64,000 nucleotides of DNA from a virus, in IMG/VR virus record IMGVR_UViG_3300027782_000032, positions 64,001 through 128,000 of that record. One strand, written 5' to 3'. Every line of letters begins with the position of its first letter. Position 1 is the first letter of the stretch. Both the position numbers and the translations under genes were made by a program. The notes under the pieces were generated by a model. That model was not told the DNA's origin. It was given only the letters and a program-made list of their open reading frames with translations, and searched no databases. This document shows, in pieces, positions 34,715-43,320 of the stretch.

Positions 34715-35887
34715 ATGCTGTACATACTGACTCCGTGCTCTAGGCCTTATAACCTAAAAGAAATGCATGCAACCATTCCGCCTCAAGCACAATGGGTAAT
34801 ATGCCACGACTTTGATGATGCGTATATTCCTGAGCTGAGCAACGCAATTATAATGAAGGTTGATAAGACAAGCCCGTACGGCGTTAATGCAAGAAATCAT
34901 ATGTTGAACACAATACCTTTTAAAGACGAAGACTGGATATACTTTCTAGATGACGACAACATCATTCATGAAGACTTTTATAAATACATAGAATTTGCTC
35001 TTAAGCTTGATATGTACGCTATGGTCACTTGGGCTCAGGTAGACAACAGAGGTAGGCATAGACTAAAAGCCTTGGTAGAGCCTGTAGTGGCAGCTATAGA
35101 CACGGCTAGCTATATGGTTAACTACAGGTTTGTTAAAGACTTAAGACTAGTACAGATTAATATTCAAGATGGAATATACGCTGAAGCATGTGCAAAGAGA
35201 GGTCCAGTTCTGGCAATAGGTAAAGTGCTATGCCACTACAATAAGCTTGAGATTAGTAAAAAAAAAGTAACCATACTCATCGTAAACTTCAAAACCCTGG
35301 GCTTAATAAAAAGGGCCGTAGAGGCAATAAGAAGCCTGACCAATAAAGACGATTACGAAATCATAGTGTTTGATAACGGGTCTAACGATGAGTCTTTAGA
35401 GTACTTAAGAAGCTGCGTTGGAGATGACTTACAACTAGTTGAAAACAGTACTAACATAGGACACGGAAGAGCTCTAGACAAAATAGTAAAACTTGTAAGA
35501 ACGCCATACATATTCACTATGGATTCTGACGCTTATCCTATTAGAGCAGATTGGATTAGTCACTATTTGAGTAAAATGACTGACAAAGTTAAATGCGTAG
35601 GTGCTAAGTTTAACTCTAATCCTGGAAGAGATCATATTCATGTAAGCGCACTTATGGTCGAGACTGAAGCATTTAAAAAAGTAAACGCATCGTTCGTCGG
35701 TAAGGGTGGGTATGAAAACTATGGAAATCCAGACCGGCAATCCTATGACGTTGGAGAAAAGCTTACTTGGGACTTAAGAGAGAACTGGTTTGAAGTGTGT
35801 TCTGACGGTGACTTTCGTCAGTTTGTTACTCATGACTGGGCTGGTACTCAAAATTTAGCTCCAAGAGATCTTCTAGTATTTCGGTAA
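34715..35887 (+). CDS. Two-domain GT2-family glycosyltransferase
   Basis: Domain 1 ILTPCSR...FLDDDN; domain 2 ILIVNFKT...FDNGSND...NIGHG...MDSDA. Confidence 0.85.
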   Translation: MLYILTPCSRPYNLKEMHATIPPQAQWVICHDFDDAYIPELSNAIIMKVDKTSPYGVNARNHMLNTIPFKDEDWIYFLDDDNIIHEDFYKYIEFALKLDMYAMVTWAQVDNRGRHRLKALVEPVVAAIDTASYMVNYRFVKDLRLVQINIQDGIYAEACAKRGPVLAIGKVLCHYNKLEISKKKVTILIVNFKTLGLIKRAVEAIRSLTNKDDYEIIVFDNGSNDESLEYLRSCVGDDLQLVENSTNIGHGRALDKIVKLVRTPYIFTMDSDAYPIRADWISHYLSKMTDKVKCVGAKFNSNPGRDHIHVSALMVETEAFKKVNASFVGKGGYENYGNPDRQSYDVGEKLTWDLRENWFEVCSDGDFRQFVTHDWAGTQNLAPRDLLVFR

Positions 35888-35888
35888 G

Positions 35889-36806
35889 CTAGTCGTCTTC
35901 TTGTCTGTTTTTAAAGAACAGTTCAATTTCAGATTTAAACTTAACGCTGTCTCCAACGTACTTATACAAGCCTTCTGACTCTTTAAGATCATCGATCACA
36001 TTTAGATGACTAAGCACAGTATAGCGTGAAGAGTACTGTCGATTAAACATGCTTCCATGGTTTATGTGCATTACGTCCTGATCAATACCTAAAACTTGTC
36101 TATACCCCATCCATCTAGAATAAGTAGCTTCAAGCGCGGTCAACTCTTGTAATAGATGCTTGTTTATTACTTTAGCTCTTCCAAATGAAATACCTAAAAA
36201 CATATAAGACTGAAAAGTGTCTCCTCCTCCTATTATTGACAGATCATATATTGGGTGCTTCCTTATGTCTTCAAGCCGCATAGCCCAAACACCTCCAGGA
36301 GCTGAATGTTTAAGCACAGTAGTGATGAACGCAGCTGTATACGAGTCATTACCTCCTAGGTCTCTTACCTGCTTTGACAAAGACGGAGTAGTAGCTAAGC
36401 TTACTCCATGGTATCTAGTGTGTCCTTTAGGTAAGTAGTGTACCTTAGAAAATGGTTGAACTACTGAGTTAGGCTGCTGAAGCAGCCGCTTTGTCTTGTC
36501 TATCCAGTCAGGATCAGTAAATATTAGATCTGAATCTACGTAAGCTATGTACTTGTATTCGTCAGTAAGATTTTGCGCTACATGATTTACGACACGTTCT
36601 TTTTGCCAGAGGCATTGATCAGAAGTAAGCCTTATTACGCCTGGCATATTCAGATGAAAACAGCCTTTCTTAGCAACTTCAACTACCTTTACGTGAGGAG
36701 TAACCTCCTTATAACAGTTGTAGGCTATATGAAAGTTTTTTAAAGGGGTTTTACGATTAAAGTAATTCCAATAAAACATTACTAAGCAAAAGTCATCGTG
36801 CTTCAT
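35889..36806 (-). CDS. GT-A fold glycosyltransferase-like protein
   Basis: YIAYVDSDLIF DxD motif; GG...IGGGD. Confidence 0.65.
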   Translation of the reverse strand: MKHDDFCLVMFYWNYFNRKTPLKNFHIAYNCYKEVTPHVKVVEVAKKGCFHLNMPGVIRLTSDQCLWQKERVVNHVAQNLTDEYKYIAYVDSDLIFTDPDWIDKTKRLLQQPNSVVQPFSKVHYLPKGHTRYHGVSLATTPSLSKQVRDLGGNDSYTAAFITTVLKHSAPGGVWAMRLEDIRKHPIYDLSIIGGGDTFQSYMFLGISFGRAKVINKHLLQELTALEATYSRWMGYRQVLGIDQDVMHINHGSMFNRQYSSRYTVLSHLNVIDDLKESEGLYKYVGDSVKFKSEIELFFKNRQEDD

Positions 36807-37911
36807 TTAAGAACACCTGTATGTTTCCTGAGTTGCTAACATTTGTCATTTTTAAGGTAGCTACAGCAGCCAAAGCCTTAGGGCTATCTGAAACTATGAC
36901 TGTAACGTGCAAAGGTATTAAAACTAAACTTACATCCTCTGACCATTCTGAAAAGAATACAACTTCACTAGTAGGTAAGCCGCTGGGTACGCATGAGTAA
37001 AACCTTACTCTATGCCTTAGTCCAAACCTATCTAGCCAAATAATCAAGTCAAGGCTATCTATGTAGCCTTGAGGAGCGAACACGTTAACGACTCTGCACG
37101 CCTGAGCCAGGGTGATGATGTCTGCAGTAGACTTTCCGTAATAAGATACGCTATTAAATACTCTACATATTGAGAAGATTCTTTCATACCTGCGCCTATC
37201 TTTATATGAAGAAACGCCATCAGGATAGACTAAAGGCCCTAGCTCTTGAGACCACTCTAAAAGAATGTCACCAGACAATAGGTTCTGGTTTGCATAAAAG
37301 TATTTAAGATTATTATTTTTAGTGTACGTGTCTATTGAGCCTGCTGCGCATATGCCTGCTACTGATCTTTGGCTAATGATAATTGGAGCAGTACCGTCAG
37401 ACACTATAGCGTCACTAAGTACGTAATCATGACCTTCTGTTTTTATCGCTGAACTGTCTGAACACGTAGTTGGTGAGCCAACCATAACTTGATATCTAAC
37501 TAGAGGTCGCCAATTGGAGAGGTTTGAATAAAAGCACATTGAAAGCTGAACAGACTTAGGAAGGTAAAGAAAGTACTCGTATTGATCCATCTCAGTCGCT
37601 GCTGTTACAAGACCAGCTACTGGATTGCTGCTATACTTAGAATCTATAACAACTGTTTTTCCAAAGAAGTCGCTCTCATCTAGTAGATTATTATTGTCTT
37701 CGTGCTGTACAACTACGAGATTAGTAAGCGGCTTTGTGCCTACCCTGTAGCATATGTTATCGATGTGTGTTTCAACCAAGGCCTTTGGCTCAGCCTTAGC
37801 TATTAACTTAGGAGCCTGTATTGGTTGAAGACTACCATCCTCGCCTTCAACAAAACCTTTAGTTATCTTATCAACAATGCGTCGCAGCTTAACGAGGTCT
37901 GATGACAGCAT
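36793..37911 (-). CDS. Hypothetical protein
   Basis: 372-aa ORF overlapping the next start. Confidence 0.65.
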   Translation of the reverse strand: MLSSDLVKLRRIVDKITKGFVEGEDGSLQPIQAPKLIAKAEPKALVETHIDNICYRVGTKPLTNLVVVQHEDNNNLLDESDFFGKTVVIDSKYSSNPVAGLVTAATEMDQYEYFLYLPKSVQLSMCFYSNLSNWRPLVRYQVMVGSPTTCSDSSAIKTEGHDYVLSDAIVSDGTAPIIISQRSVAGICAAGSIDTYTKNNNLKYFYANQNLLSGDILLEWSQELGPLVYPDGVSSYKDRRRYERIFSICRVFNSVSYYGKSTADIITLAQACRVVNVFAPQGYIDSLDLIIWLDRFGLRHRVRFYSCVPSGLPTSEVVFFSEWSEDVSLVLIPLHVTVIVSDSPKALAAVATLKMTNVSNSGNIQVFLNEAR

Positions 37912-37927
37912 GATTTAAAGCCATAAG

Positions 37928-38755
37928 TTAGAGTGACCCTGGGGGCATGTATGGAAAGTCGGAGTCTGAATCATCATCTTCATCGCCAAACTCTTCGTCT
38001 TCTTCCAACTCCTCGTCAGTAGGGGCTCTGAACACGAAGTTTGCTTCCGATATCAACTCAAGCCTTGGCAGCTTTGGAAATATAATCCTCATAGCTTGCC
38101 TTATCTTTTCAACATCGTTGCATATCTCACAATCATCGGGGTCATTGACTCCTATGTCAACAGTTATCTCCATATAAGAGTCGGATGGATCGGAATCATA
38201 GCCTGAATCCTCCATATCCTGATCTTCATTAAAGGAGTAATCGCTGTCACTGTCTGAGTCACTATCGCTGTCTGAATCGCTATCGTATCCTGGCTCGCCT
38301 TCTCTACCCTTATGATCACCTAGGTCGTAGTCAACATGCCATTCTGAACTCTCAGAATCAGAGTCGCTATCTGAATCGCTGTCTGAGTCAACCTTGTCAT
38401 TACCAAGAATGCCAAGAGCCTCTTCCATCTGGTCGTCTGACATGTAAGGCTTAGTGGAGACGTCTCCACTGGATGGTATAATAGCTGAGCACTGCATAAA
38501 CAGAGGACCTACTGCTCCCTTAGTCTGGGAGTCCTTTACTGTCTTCTCAAAGTACTCTGATAGCTTGTACTTAGACTTGAAGCCTTTCTCATATAGTATC
38601 TTGATGATCTCCATGGAGTCATACACGGCTATAGTTCCGCTAGCTGGAGCTGGCACTACACCAACAAAAGCTCTGTCAAACCCTTTCATGAGCTTGATGT
38701 TAGGGTATAGCTTAGTTATTGCCTCTGCTGTCATGTGGTTTCGCTTATGCTTCAT
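37928..38755 (-). CDS. Highly acidic protein with (DS)n repeats
   Basis: Globular N-terminus (KGFDRAFVGV...AVYD), then two DSDSDS tracts and an E/D-rich tail. Confidence 0.7.
   Translation of the reverse strand: MKHKRNHMTAEAITKLYPNIKLMKGFDRAFVGVVPAPASGTIAVYDSMEIIKILYEKGFKSKYKLSEYFEKTVKDSQTKGAVGPLFMQCSAIIPSSGDVSTKPYMSDDQMEEALGILGNDKVDSDSDSDSDSDSESSEWHVDYDLGDHKGREGEPGYDSDSDSDSDSDSDSDYSFNEDQDMEDSGYDSDPSDSYMEITVDIGVNDPDDCEICNDVEKIRQAMRIIFPKLPRLELISEANFVFRAPTDEELEEDEEFGDEDDDSDSDFPYMPPGSL
38455..38468. repeat. Iterated palindrome copy 5 (in CDS; 18-bp perfect palindrome)
   Basis: Read directly from the sequence (SGDVST). Confidence 0.95.
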
Positions 38756-41090
38756 CGCTATCCTCCTCAGATTCTTCGCTACCTTTAAGCACTTGGGTCA
38801 GAGCTAACACCGCTGGCACAGTCATACCACCAGCTATTAAAGCTTTTTGCAATGACGATAGCCCAGCAGGCGTTATCTTTTCTTTGATTTCTTTTACTAT
38901 CTCTTTAGCTGGGGGTTGAGCTTCCCCTTTTTGAGGTTGAGCTACCCCTTTTTGAGGTTGAGCTACCCCTTTTTGAGGTTGAGCTTCCCCTTTTGCTGGC
39001 TTATTAGTAGGTGGGAAGTAAGCGTCTGGATTGGTAGCGTCGACGTTCTTCCTAGTTATAGCCTTTAATATCTCTGGGCCCTCGTTTGCAGCTATTAAAC
39101 CTGGCGTAGATACTGCAGTTCTTGCTGCAGCCATGGGAGCAGCCTTTACAGCTTTAGTTGCGTTAAAGTTCTTAAGAGCCTTTAAAACAGCTGCTGGGCT
39201 ATCTTTTATATTTTTAAGCAGCTCTGGAATAGACTTTAACGATCTAGGACTTGCCAAACCACCTATGCCAGCTACTAAGTCTGCGTTAGGAATGTCTGCT
39301 GAATGAGCTCCAAATCCAAGAATTCCTTGCCCAAGAGCAATTGCTCTTCCGACAGGGGTTAAAGCTAAAGTATCAAAGAGTGTTTCTGTGCCTTTTTCTA
39401 ACGTACTTTTAGATGGGTTAAACAAAGGTAACGGGTCTACGCTTCCCACCGTAGAGTTGTTAGCTAAATCTTTTTGATTTTTATTGTTTAGATCTACAAG
39501 TGCTTTAAGCCTTTGCTTGTCTTCGTTTCTAGATACAGGGTCTGGATTTCGAAGTATTCGAGTGTCTAGTTCTTTAATTGCCTTGGCAGTATCTTGAATT
39601 CTTGTGTCGCTATCAATTACTTCCCTTGAGCTGTCTACTCCTTGTATAACCTTATTACCATTAAAAGGAGTGTTGTTAGATGTCGGTGGAGGAAGATTAG
39701 GTATAGGAACTTCAGGATCGATTCCAGGTACCAAACTTCCTAACGTCTTTGCAATATTAGTTAAAGAGTTGCCTATACCGCCTGCATAAAGAACGCCTTT
39801 ATCTACACCTTTAGAGCCAAATACAGGCTCGTAAGCTGGTCCACTGTCAAGGCTAGCTTTGTTAGTAGCATTGATTACCATTCGTTTGAGTATTGCGTCC
39901 TTATGCTCTTTTGGTAATCCCTCAAACGCACTTCTTATCTCAGGTGGAAGGTCAGTTAAATCGCCTGTCCTGTACTTATGAGAATGGTTGACTATGGCCT
40001 GAGCTAGGTCGCTTCTTCCTGCATCGCTAGCGCTTAGCCCAGACTTAGCAGCTCTAGCTCTAACATCGGCAAGCCTATTTGCGTTTATTAACTCTTCATT
40101 TGTCTTGTACTTTATAACAGGCTTCGCATCAGGAGGAGGAACAGGAAGAGCAGGAACATTTGAAGATAACGAAGCGCCAACTGGAACACTGTTCTGTGGA
40201 GTAGTTGTCTTTCCTCCAGAGGCTAAGAACTCTTCATACTTTTTATTAATGTCATCGCTGCCTGATTGAGCTGCTGCTGTGTTACTTATTCTATTAAGAG
40301 TCTCGCTTAGGTTCTTGTTAGCTACAGCAGCCTGCTCTGCTGTTTGAAACGTCCTTGGAGGAGGCGTAGGTGCAACTGTAGGAAGGTTTCTTACAGCGTC
40401 TTGAGCTTGAGCCCTTGATGTAGCGTTGCTAATACTGTCGCTAAGGTTCCTATTAGCTTCTCCAGCTTGAGTGCTATTAGGTATAAAAGGTGAAGGAGTG
40501 GGAGATGGCGTAGGTGTAAGGAAAGATGACACGCCATTCGCTAAGCTAGAGGCCAGACGGCCCTTACCTTCAGCTGCTAAGTTCTCTCCAAAGCTGCTTA
40601 ACAGCTTACCAAACCCTGATTCAGCGAAAGGTTTGGACGCGCTGTACTGTTTGTATGAGTTTACTAAGTTTTTAGAGTAATCAGCAGCAGCTGGGAATGC
40701 TTCCATAACCTTGGGAAGCGCTGCAGATGTCAAAGCTGACAGCAATTTGAACGATGCAGCCTTTATAACCTCAGATCTTTGACTAGTGTAATTTTGATCA
40801 GTGTACGCCTGGGCACGCAAACCTCCTAAATTATCATAAGCAATGATTTTATAAGGAGTTACGTCGGATTGGGTGGCTGTTTTATTAAGATTACCACCTA
40901 CGAGAGGCTGTGACAACTGTTTTTTCTTTAAAAAAGGATTAGTTGTCTTATCTCCTAGCTGGGTCTGCTCTTTCGGTTTGTTAGATAACCTAGAAGCACC
41001 TATGCCCATAGGCTTTAAGCCCCTAAAACTGCCACCTAAAGCCCCAGAAAGGGATATACCAGCCTGCTTATCACCTTGATTCAATGACAT
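38745..41090 (-). CDS. Large low-complexity protein (possible virion protein)
   Basis: 781 aa, P/S/T/A-rich, C-terminal hydrophobic segment. Confidence 0.72.
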   Translation of the reverse strand: MSLNQGDKQAGISLSGALGGSFRGLKPMGIGASRLSNKPKEQTQLGDKTTNPFLKKKQLSQPLVGGNLNKTATQSDVTPYKIIAYDNLGGLRAQAYTDQNYTSQRSEVIKAASFKLLSALTSAALPKVMEAFPAAADYSKNLVNSYKQYSASKPFAESGFGKLLSSFGENLAAEGKGRLASSLANGVSSFLTPTPSPTPSPFIPNSTQAGEANRNLSDSISNATSRAQAQDAVRNLPTVAPTPPPRTFQTAEQAAVANKNLSETLNRISNTAAAQSGSDDINKKYEEFLASGGKTTTPQNSVPVGASLSSNVPALPVPPPDAKPVIKYKTNEELINANRLADVRARAAKSGLSASDAGRSDLAQAIVNHSHKYRTGDLTDLPPEIRSAFEGLPKEHKDAILKRMVINATNKASLDSGPAYEPVFGSKGVDKGVLYAGGIGNSLTNIAKTLGSLVPGIDPEVPIPNLPPPTSNNTPFNGNKVIQGVDSSREVIDSDTRIQDTAKAIKELDTRILRNPDPVSRNEDKQRLKALVDLNNKNQKDLANNSTVGSVDPLPLFNPSKSTLEKGTETLFDTLALTPVGRAIALGQGILGFGAHSADIPNADLVAGIGGLASPRSLKSIPELLKNIKDSPAAVLKALKNFNATKAVKAAPMAAARTAVSTPGLIAANEGPEILKAITRKNVDATNPDAYFPPTNKPAKGEAQPQKGVAQPQKGVAQPQKGEAQPPAKEIVKEIKEKITPAGLSSLQKALIAGGMTVPAVLALTQVLKGSEESEEDSDEA
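38914..38994 (-). repeat. 21-bp tandem repeat, about 4 units, encoding QKG(E/V)AQP
   Basis: GGTTGAGCT(T/A)CCCCTTTT repeated at a 21-bp period. Confidence 0.9.
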
Positions 41091-41103
41091 TAAAAGCTCC
41101 TTA

Positions 41104-41361
41104 TCAGCTAGTCGACACCAATGGCACCAGCTTTCCGTCCAACATTACCACTTTACCAGAAGAAACCTCTCTGCAGTGGTGTATGAACTCATCAAAGCAA
41201 GCTATTACAGCAAGCCTACTAGCGTTATTACCGTACTTTGACACAGGCTTGAGCTTACTTTGCAAGAAATCATCGACTAAACCGTCTAAAAGAGCTTCTT
41301 GCTCTTCTCCAGTGAATAGCTTTAGCTCTGGTCTGTCTTTAAATGTTATTTTTTTAGCCAT
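41104..41361 (-). CDS. Hypothetical protein
   Basis: 85-aa ORF in the operon. Confidence 0.65.
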   Translation of the reverse strand: MAKKITFKDRPELKLFTGEEQEALLDGLVDDFLQSKLKPVSKYGNNASRLAVIACFDEFIHHCREVSSGKVVMLDGKLVPLVSTS

Positions 41362-41364
41362 TGG

Positions 41365-41742
41365 TTAAGCTCTCCCTGTGATACTAGCTGAAGTGTCCAT
41401 CTGACGTATTGAATTATTCTGAATATCAGCATAAGAACCCGTAATAGATACTGATGCAGTGGGTTCAGTTATGGTTAATGACTTGTTAAAGGGAAGTCTC
41501 TCTCCAGTAGATAGCAGAATACCTATACCTTGGTCTAAGTACTCCATTCCAATCACTGGATGCTTAGTCATATGAGCCTGACCAAACTTAAGGAAGCCCT
41601 TAACAGACTCTACCTGAACCTCGTTAGGAGAATCAGACTTAATCCAATTCTCAAGTATCCAGTTTAATAGGTCTGGCTCTGATGAAGTAGTAACATTAAA
41701 ACCAAAGCCTTCTTTCCAAGTGTCAATAGATACTGCAGCCAT
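41365..41742 (-). CDS. Hypothetical protein
   Basis: 125-aa ORF in the operon. Confidence 0.65.
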   Translation of the reverse strand: MAAVSIDTWKEGFGFNVTTSSEPDLLNWILENWIKSDSPNEVQVESVKGFLKFGQAHMTKHPVIGMEYLDQGIGILLSTGERLPFNKSLTITEPTASVSITGSYADIQNNSIRQMDTSASITGRA

Positions 41743-41756
41743 TGTGGTACACCTTT

Positions 41757-42095
41757 CTAGTGTTGTTGTCCCATGTTGAGTTTCATAAGCGTCAACCCAG
41801 CCGCTACTAATAACGAACCTAGGACAACATACTTATTAACATTAAGCCCATAAAATACAAGTGGAACTATGTAATCAATAGATATTACCGAGAACTCCCA
41901 GCAAAGGCTAAACAAAAAGATGCGCTCTTTGTTGTCTACAAACCTGACACCAAGTACCCACAATGTGGATACGAGTAACCCTACCCCTATAGATAGAATA
42001 GGATAATACCAAGCGTTTCTGATTAGGTCGGTGTAGCAGAAGATTAGGGAAGAGGTATAAAGCACCATAACTGCAAGAATGATTAACCATTCCAT
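41757..42095 (-). CDS. Small four-TM membrane protein (SMR/DMT-like)
   Basis: 112 aa, four hydrophobic helices, last one LGSLLVAAGLTLM. Confidence 0.6.
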   Translation of the reverse strand: MEWLIILAVMVLYTSSLIFCYTDLIRNAWYYPILSIGVGLLVSTLWVLGVRFVDNKERIFLFSLCWEFSVISIDYIVPLVFYGLNVNKYVVLGSLLVAAGLTLMKLNMGQQH

Positions 42096-42153
42096 AGTCT
42101 AAGCACCTCAATAAAAGAGTTAACTATAATGGTACCCTATAACTGGCTATGGC

Positions 42154-42189
42154 TGATAGCTAAAAAAAGAGCAGTTTAACGTCCTGCTC
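42154..42189 (-). terminator. Terminator T4 with AGCTATCA tail (near-identical to T8)
   Basis: GAGCAG-9nt-CTGCTC followed by a T-tract and AGCTATCA. Confidence 0.75.
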
Positions 42190-42200
42190 AGGACGGGTGG

Positions 42201-42590
42201 TTAGTAAGAAGGAGATTGAACTCTTCTCTCTATTCGTTCCCAAGCACCATCGTGCAAATCAACGTCGTAAGCTGATACAGCGTTGATAATTGCCTTAGAC
42301 AGAGACTTAGAGTCTCTACCGAAGTTGATGTTTATACGATGCTTTGTGACAGCTATTATAACATTCCCTGGTGTTATGACCATTACCTCCCATGGAGCTA
42401 GGTCAACCACCTGTGCCCAAGTATCCGAAAACAGCTTCCATTCTTCCGTCACTACTCTGAGACGTCCTTTGAAGTCGTCAAAGTCATGACTTGGGTTATA
42501 TTCCCCTGCAATTGAAGCCATGTGATTTGCCACCGACTGGAACACGTCGTTTATGTTCGCTTCGTTTAATCCAATGTTCAATATGTACAT
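42201..42590 (-). CDS. Hypothetical protein (cassette gene)
   Basis: 129 aa, AAGGAG RBS, between P4 and T4. Confidence 0.75.
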   Translation of the reverse strand: MYILNIGLNEANINDVFQSVANHMASIAGEYNPSHDFDDFKGRLRVVTEEWKLFSDTWAQVVDLAPWEVMVITPGNVIIAVTKHRININFGRDSKSLSKAIINAVSAYDVDLHDGAWERIERRVQSPSY

Positions 42591-42682
42591 AACTCTATCT
42601 CCTTAAAATATAAACATGCAAACACAGCCAACGAAAAGTTCGTAGGACTGCTCACGTTTTTACAGGTACGTGTAACCACTAT

Positions 42683-42710
42683 ATTATGACGCACTTATGG
42701 GTTGGATTAA
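42683..42710 (-). promoter_or_regulatory. Cassette promoter P4
   Basis: TTAATCCAACCCATAAGTGCGTCATAAT. Confidence 0.78.
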
Positions 42711-42711
42711 G

Positions 42712-42725
42712 TGGAGACGTCTCCA
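42712..42725. repeat. Iterated palindrome copy 6 (directly upstream of the P4 -35-like box)
   Basis: Read directly from the sequence. Confidence 0.95.
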
Positions 42726-42730
42726 TTGGC

Positions 42731-42762
42731 TGATAGCTAAAAAAAAGCAGGATGATCCTGCT
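42731..42762 (-). terminator. Terminator T5 with AGCTATCA tail
   Basis: AGCAGGA-TCA-TCCTGCT followed by a T-tract and AGCTATCA. Confidence 0.85.
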
Positions 42763-42768
42763 CTCGGG

Positions 42769-43146
42769 TTACCCCTCTTGACCAACGACTCCCCACAGAC
42801 TGAAAGGAGAAATCTCCTTCCACTCGGTAATGTCGTTTGACCGCATGGGCTTCCACCCATTTGCACGGTCCAAGCACATGGTAATGTGCTTGCGGACGTT
42901 CCGACTAGGAACGTCCGTATCGACTTCAACGGCCATTACGCCGTCGAGTCGACCGACACGAACTACTTTTAGTTCGTGTCGTTGACCATTGAGATCCTGT
43001 GCCATACTGTTACATATGGGAAGAAGGTCAACGGTCATATGGTGGCATATGACCTCGAAGTGTTTGGGCACTTCGAGGTTTGCGTGCATCCACGCCACCA
43101 AGATGGATACACTGTCCTTTTCAAGGACGCAAGCCGTGTAGGCCAT
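42769..43146 (-). CDS. 2H-phosphoesterase-like protein (cassette gene)
   Basis: Two HxT motifs (CHHMTV, KHITM) about 50 aa apart; C-terminal KPMRSNDITEW. Start moved to 43146 with AGGAG RBS. Confidence 0.7.
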   Translation of the reverse strand: MAYTACVLEKDSVSILVAWMHANLEVPKHFEVICHHMTVDLLPICNSMAQDLNGQRHELKVVRVGRLDGVMAVEVDTDVPSRNVRKHITMCLDRANGWKPMRSNDITEWKEISPFSLWGVVGQEG

Positions 43147-43212
43147 TTTTAGTCTCCTAAAAATAAGACGAGGCGCCATCTATTTGATGACTGGTACCTA
43201 TACTTGCACCTT

Positions 43213-43240
43213 ATTATGACACACTTATGGGTTGGATTAA
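43213..43240 (-). promoter_or_regulatory. Cassette promoter P5
   Basis: TTAATCCAACCCATAAGTGTGTCATAAT. Confidence 0.78.
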
Positions 43241-43241
43241 G

Positions 43242-43255
43242 TGGAGACGTCTCCA
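43242..43255. repeat. Iterated palindrome copy 7 (directly upstream of P5)
   Basis: Read directly from the sequence. Confidence 0.95.
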
Positions 43256-43260
43256 CTATG

Positions 43261-43305
43261 TGATAGCTAAAAAAAGACCAACAGCATAAAGCTGATGGTC
43301 TTTTT
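43261..43305 (-). terminator. Terminator T6 with AGCTATCA tail
   Basis: AAAAAGACCA...TGGTCTTTTT stem with T-tracts. Confidence 0.85.
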
Positions 43306-43320
43306 AGTTTGGTTAAATGA

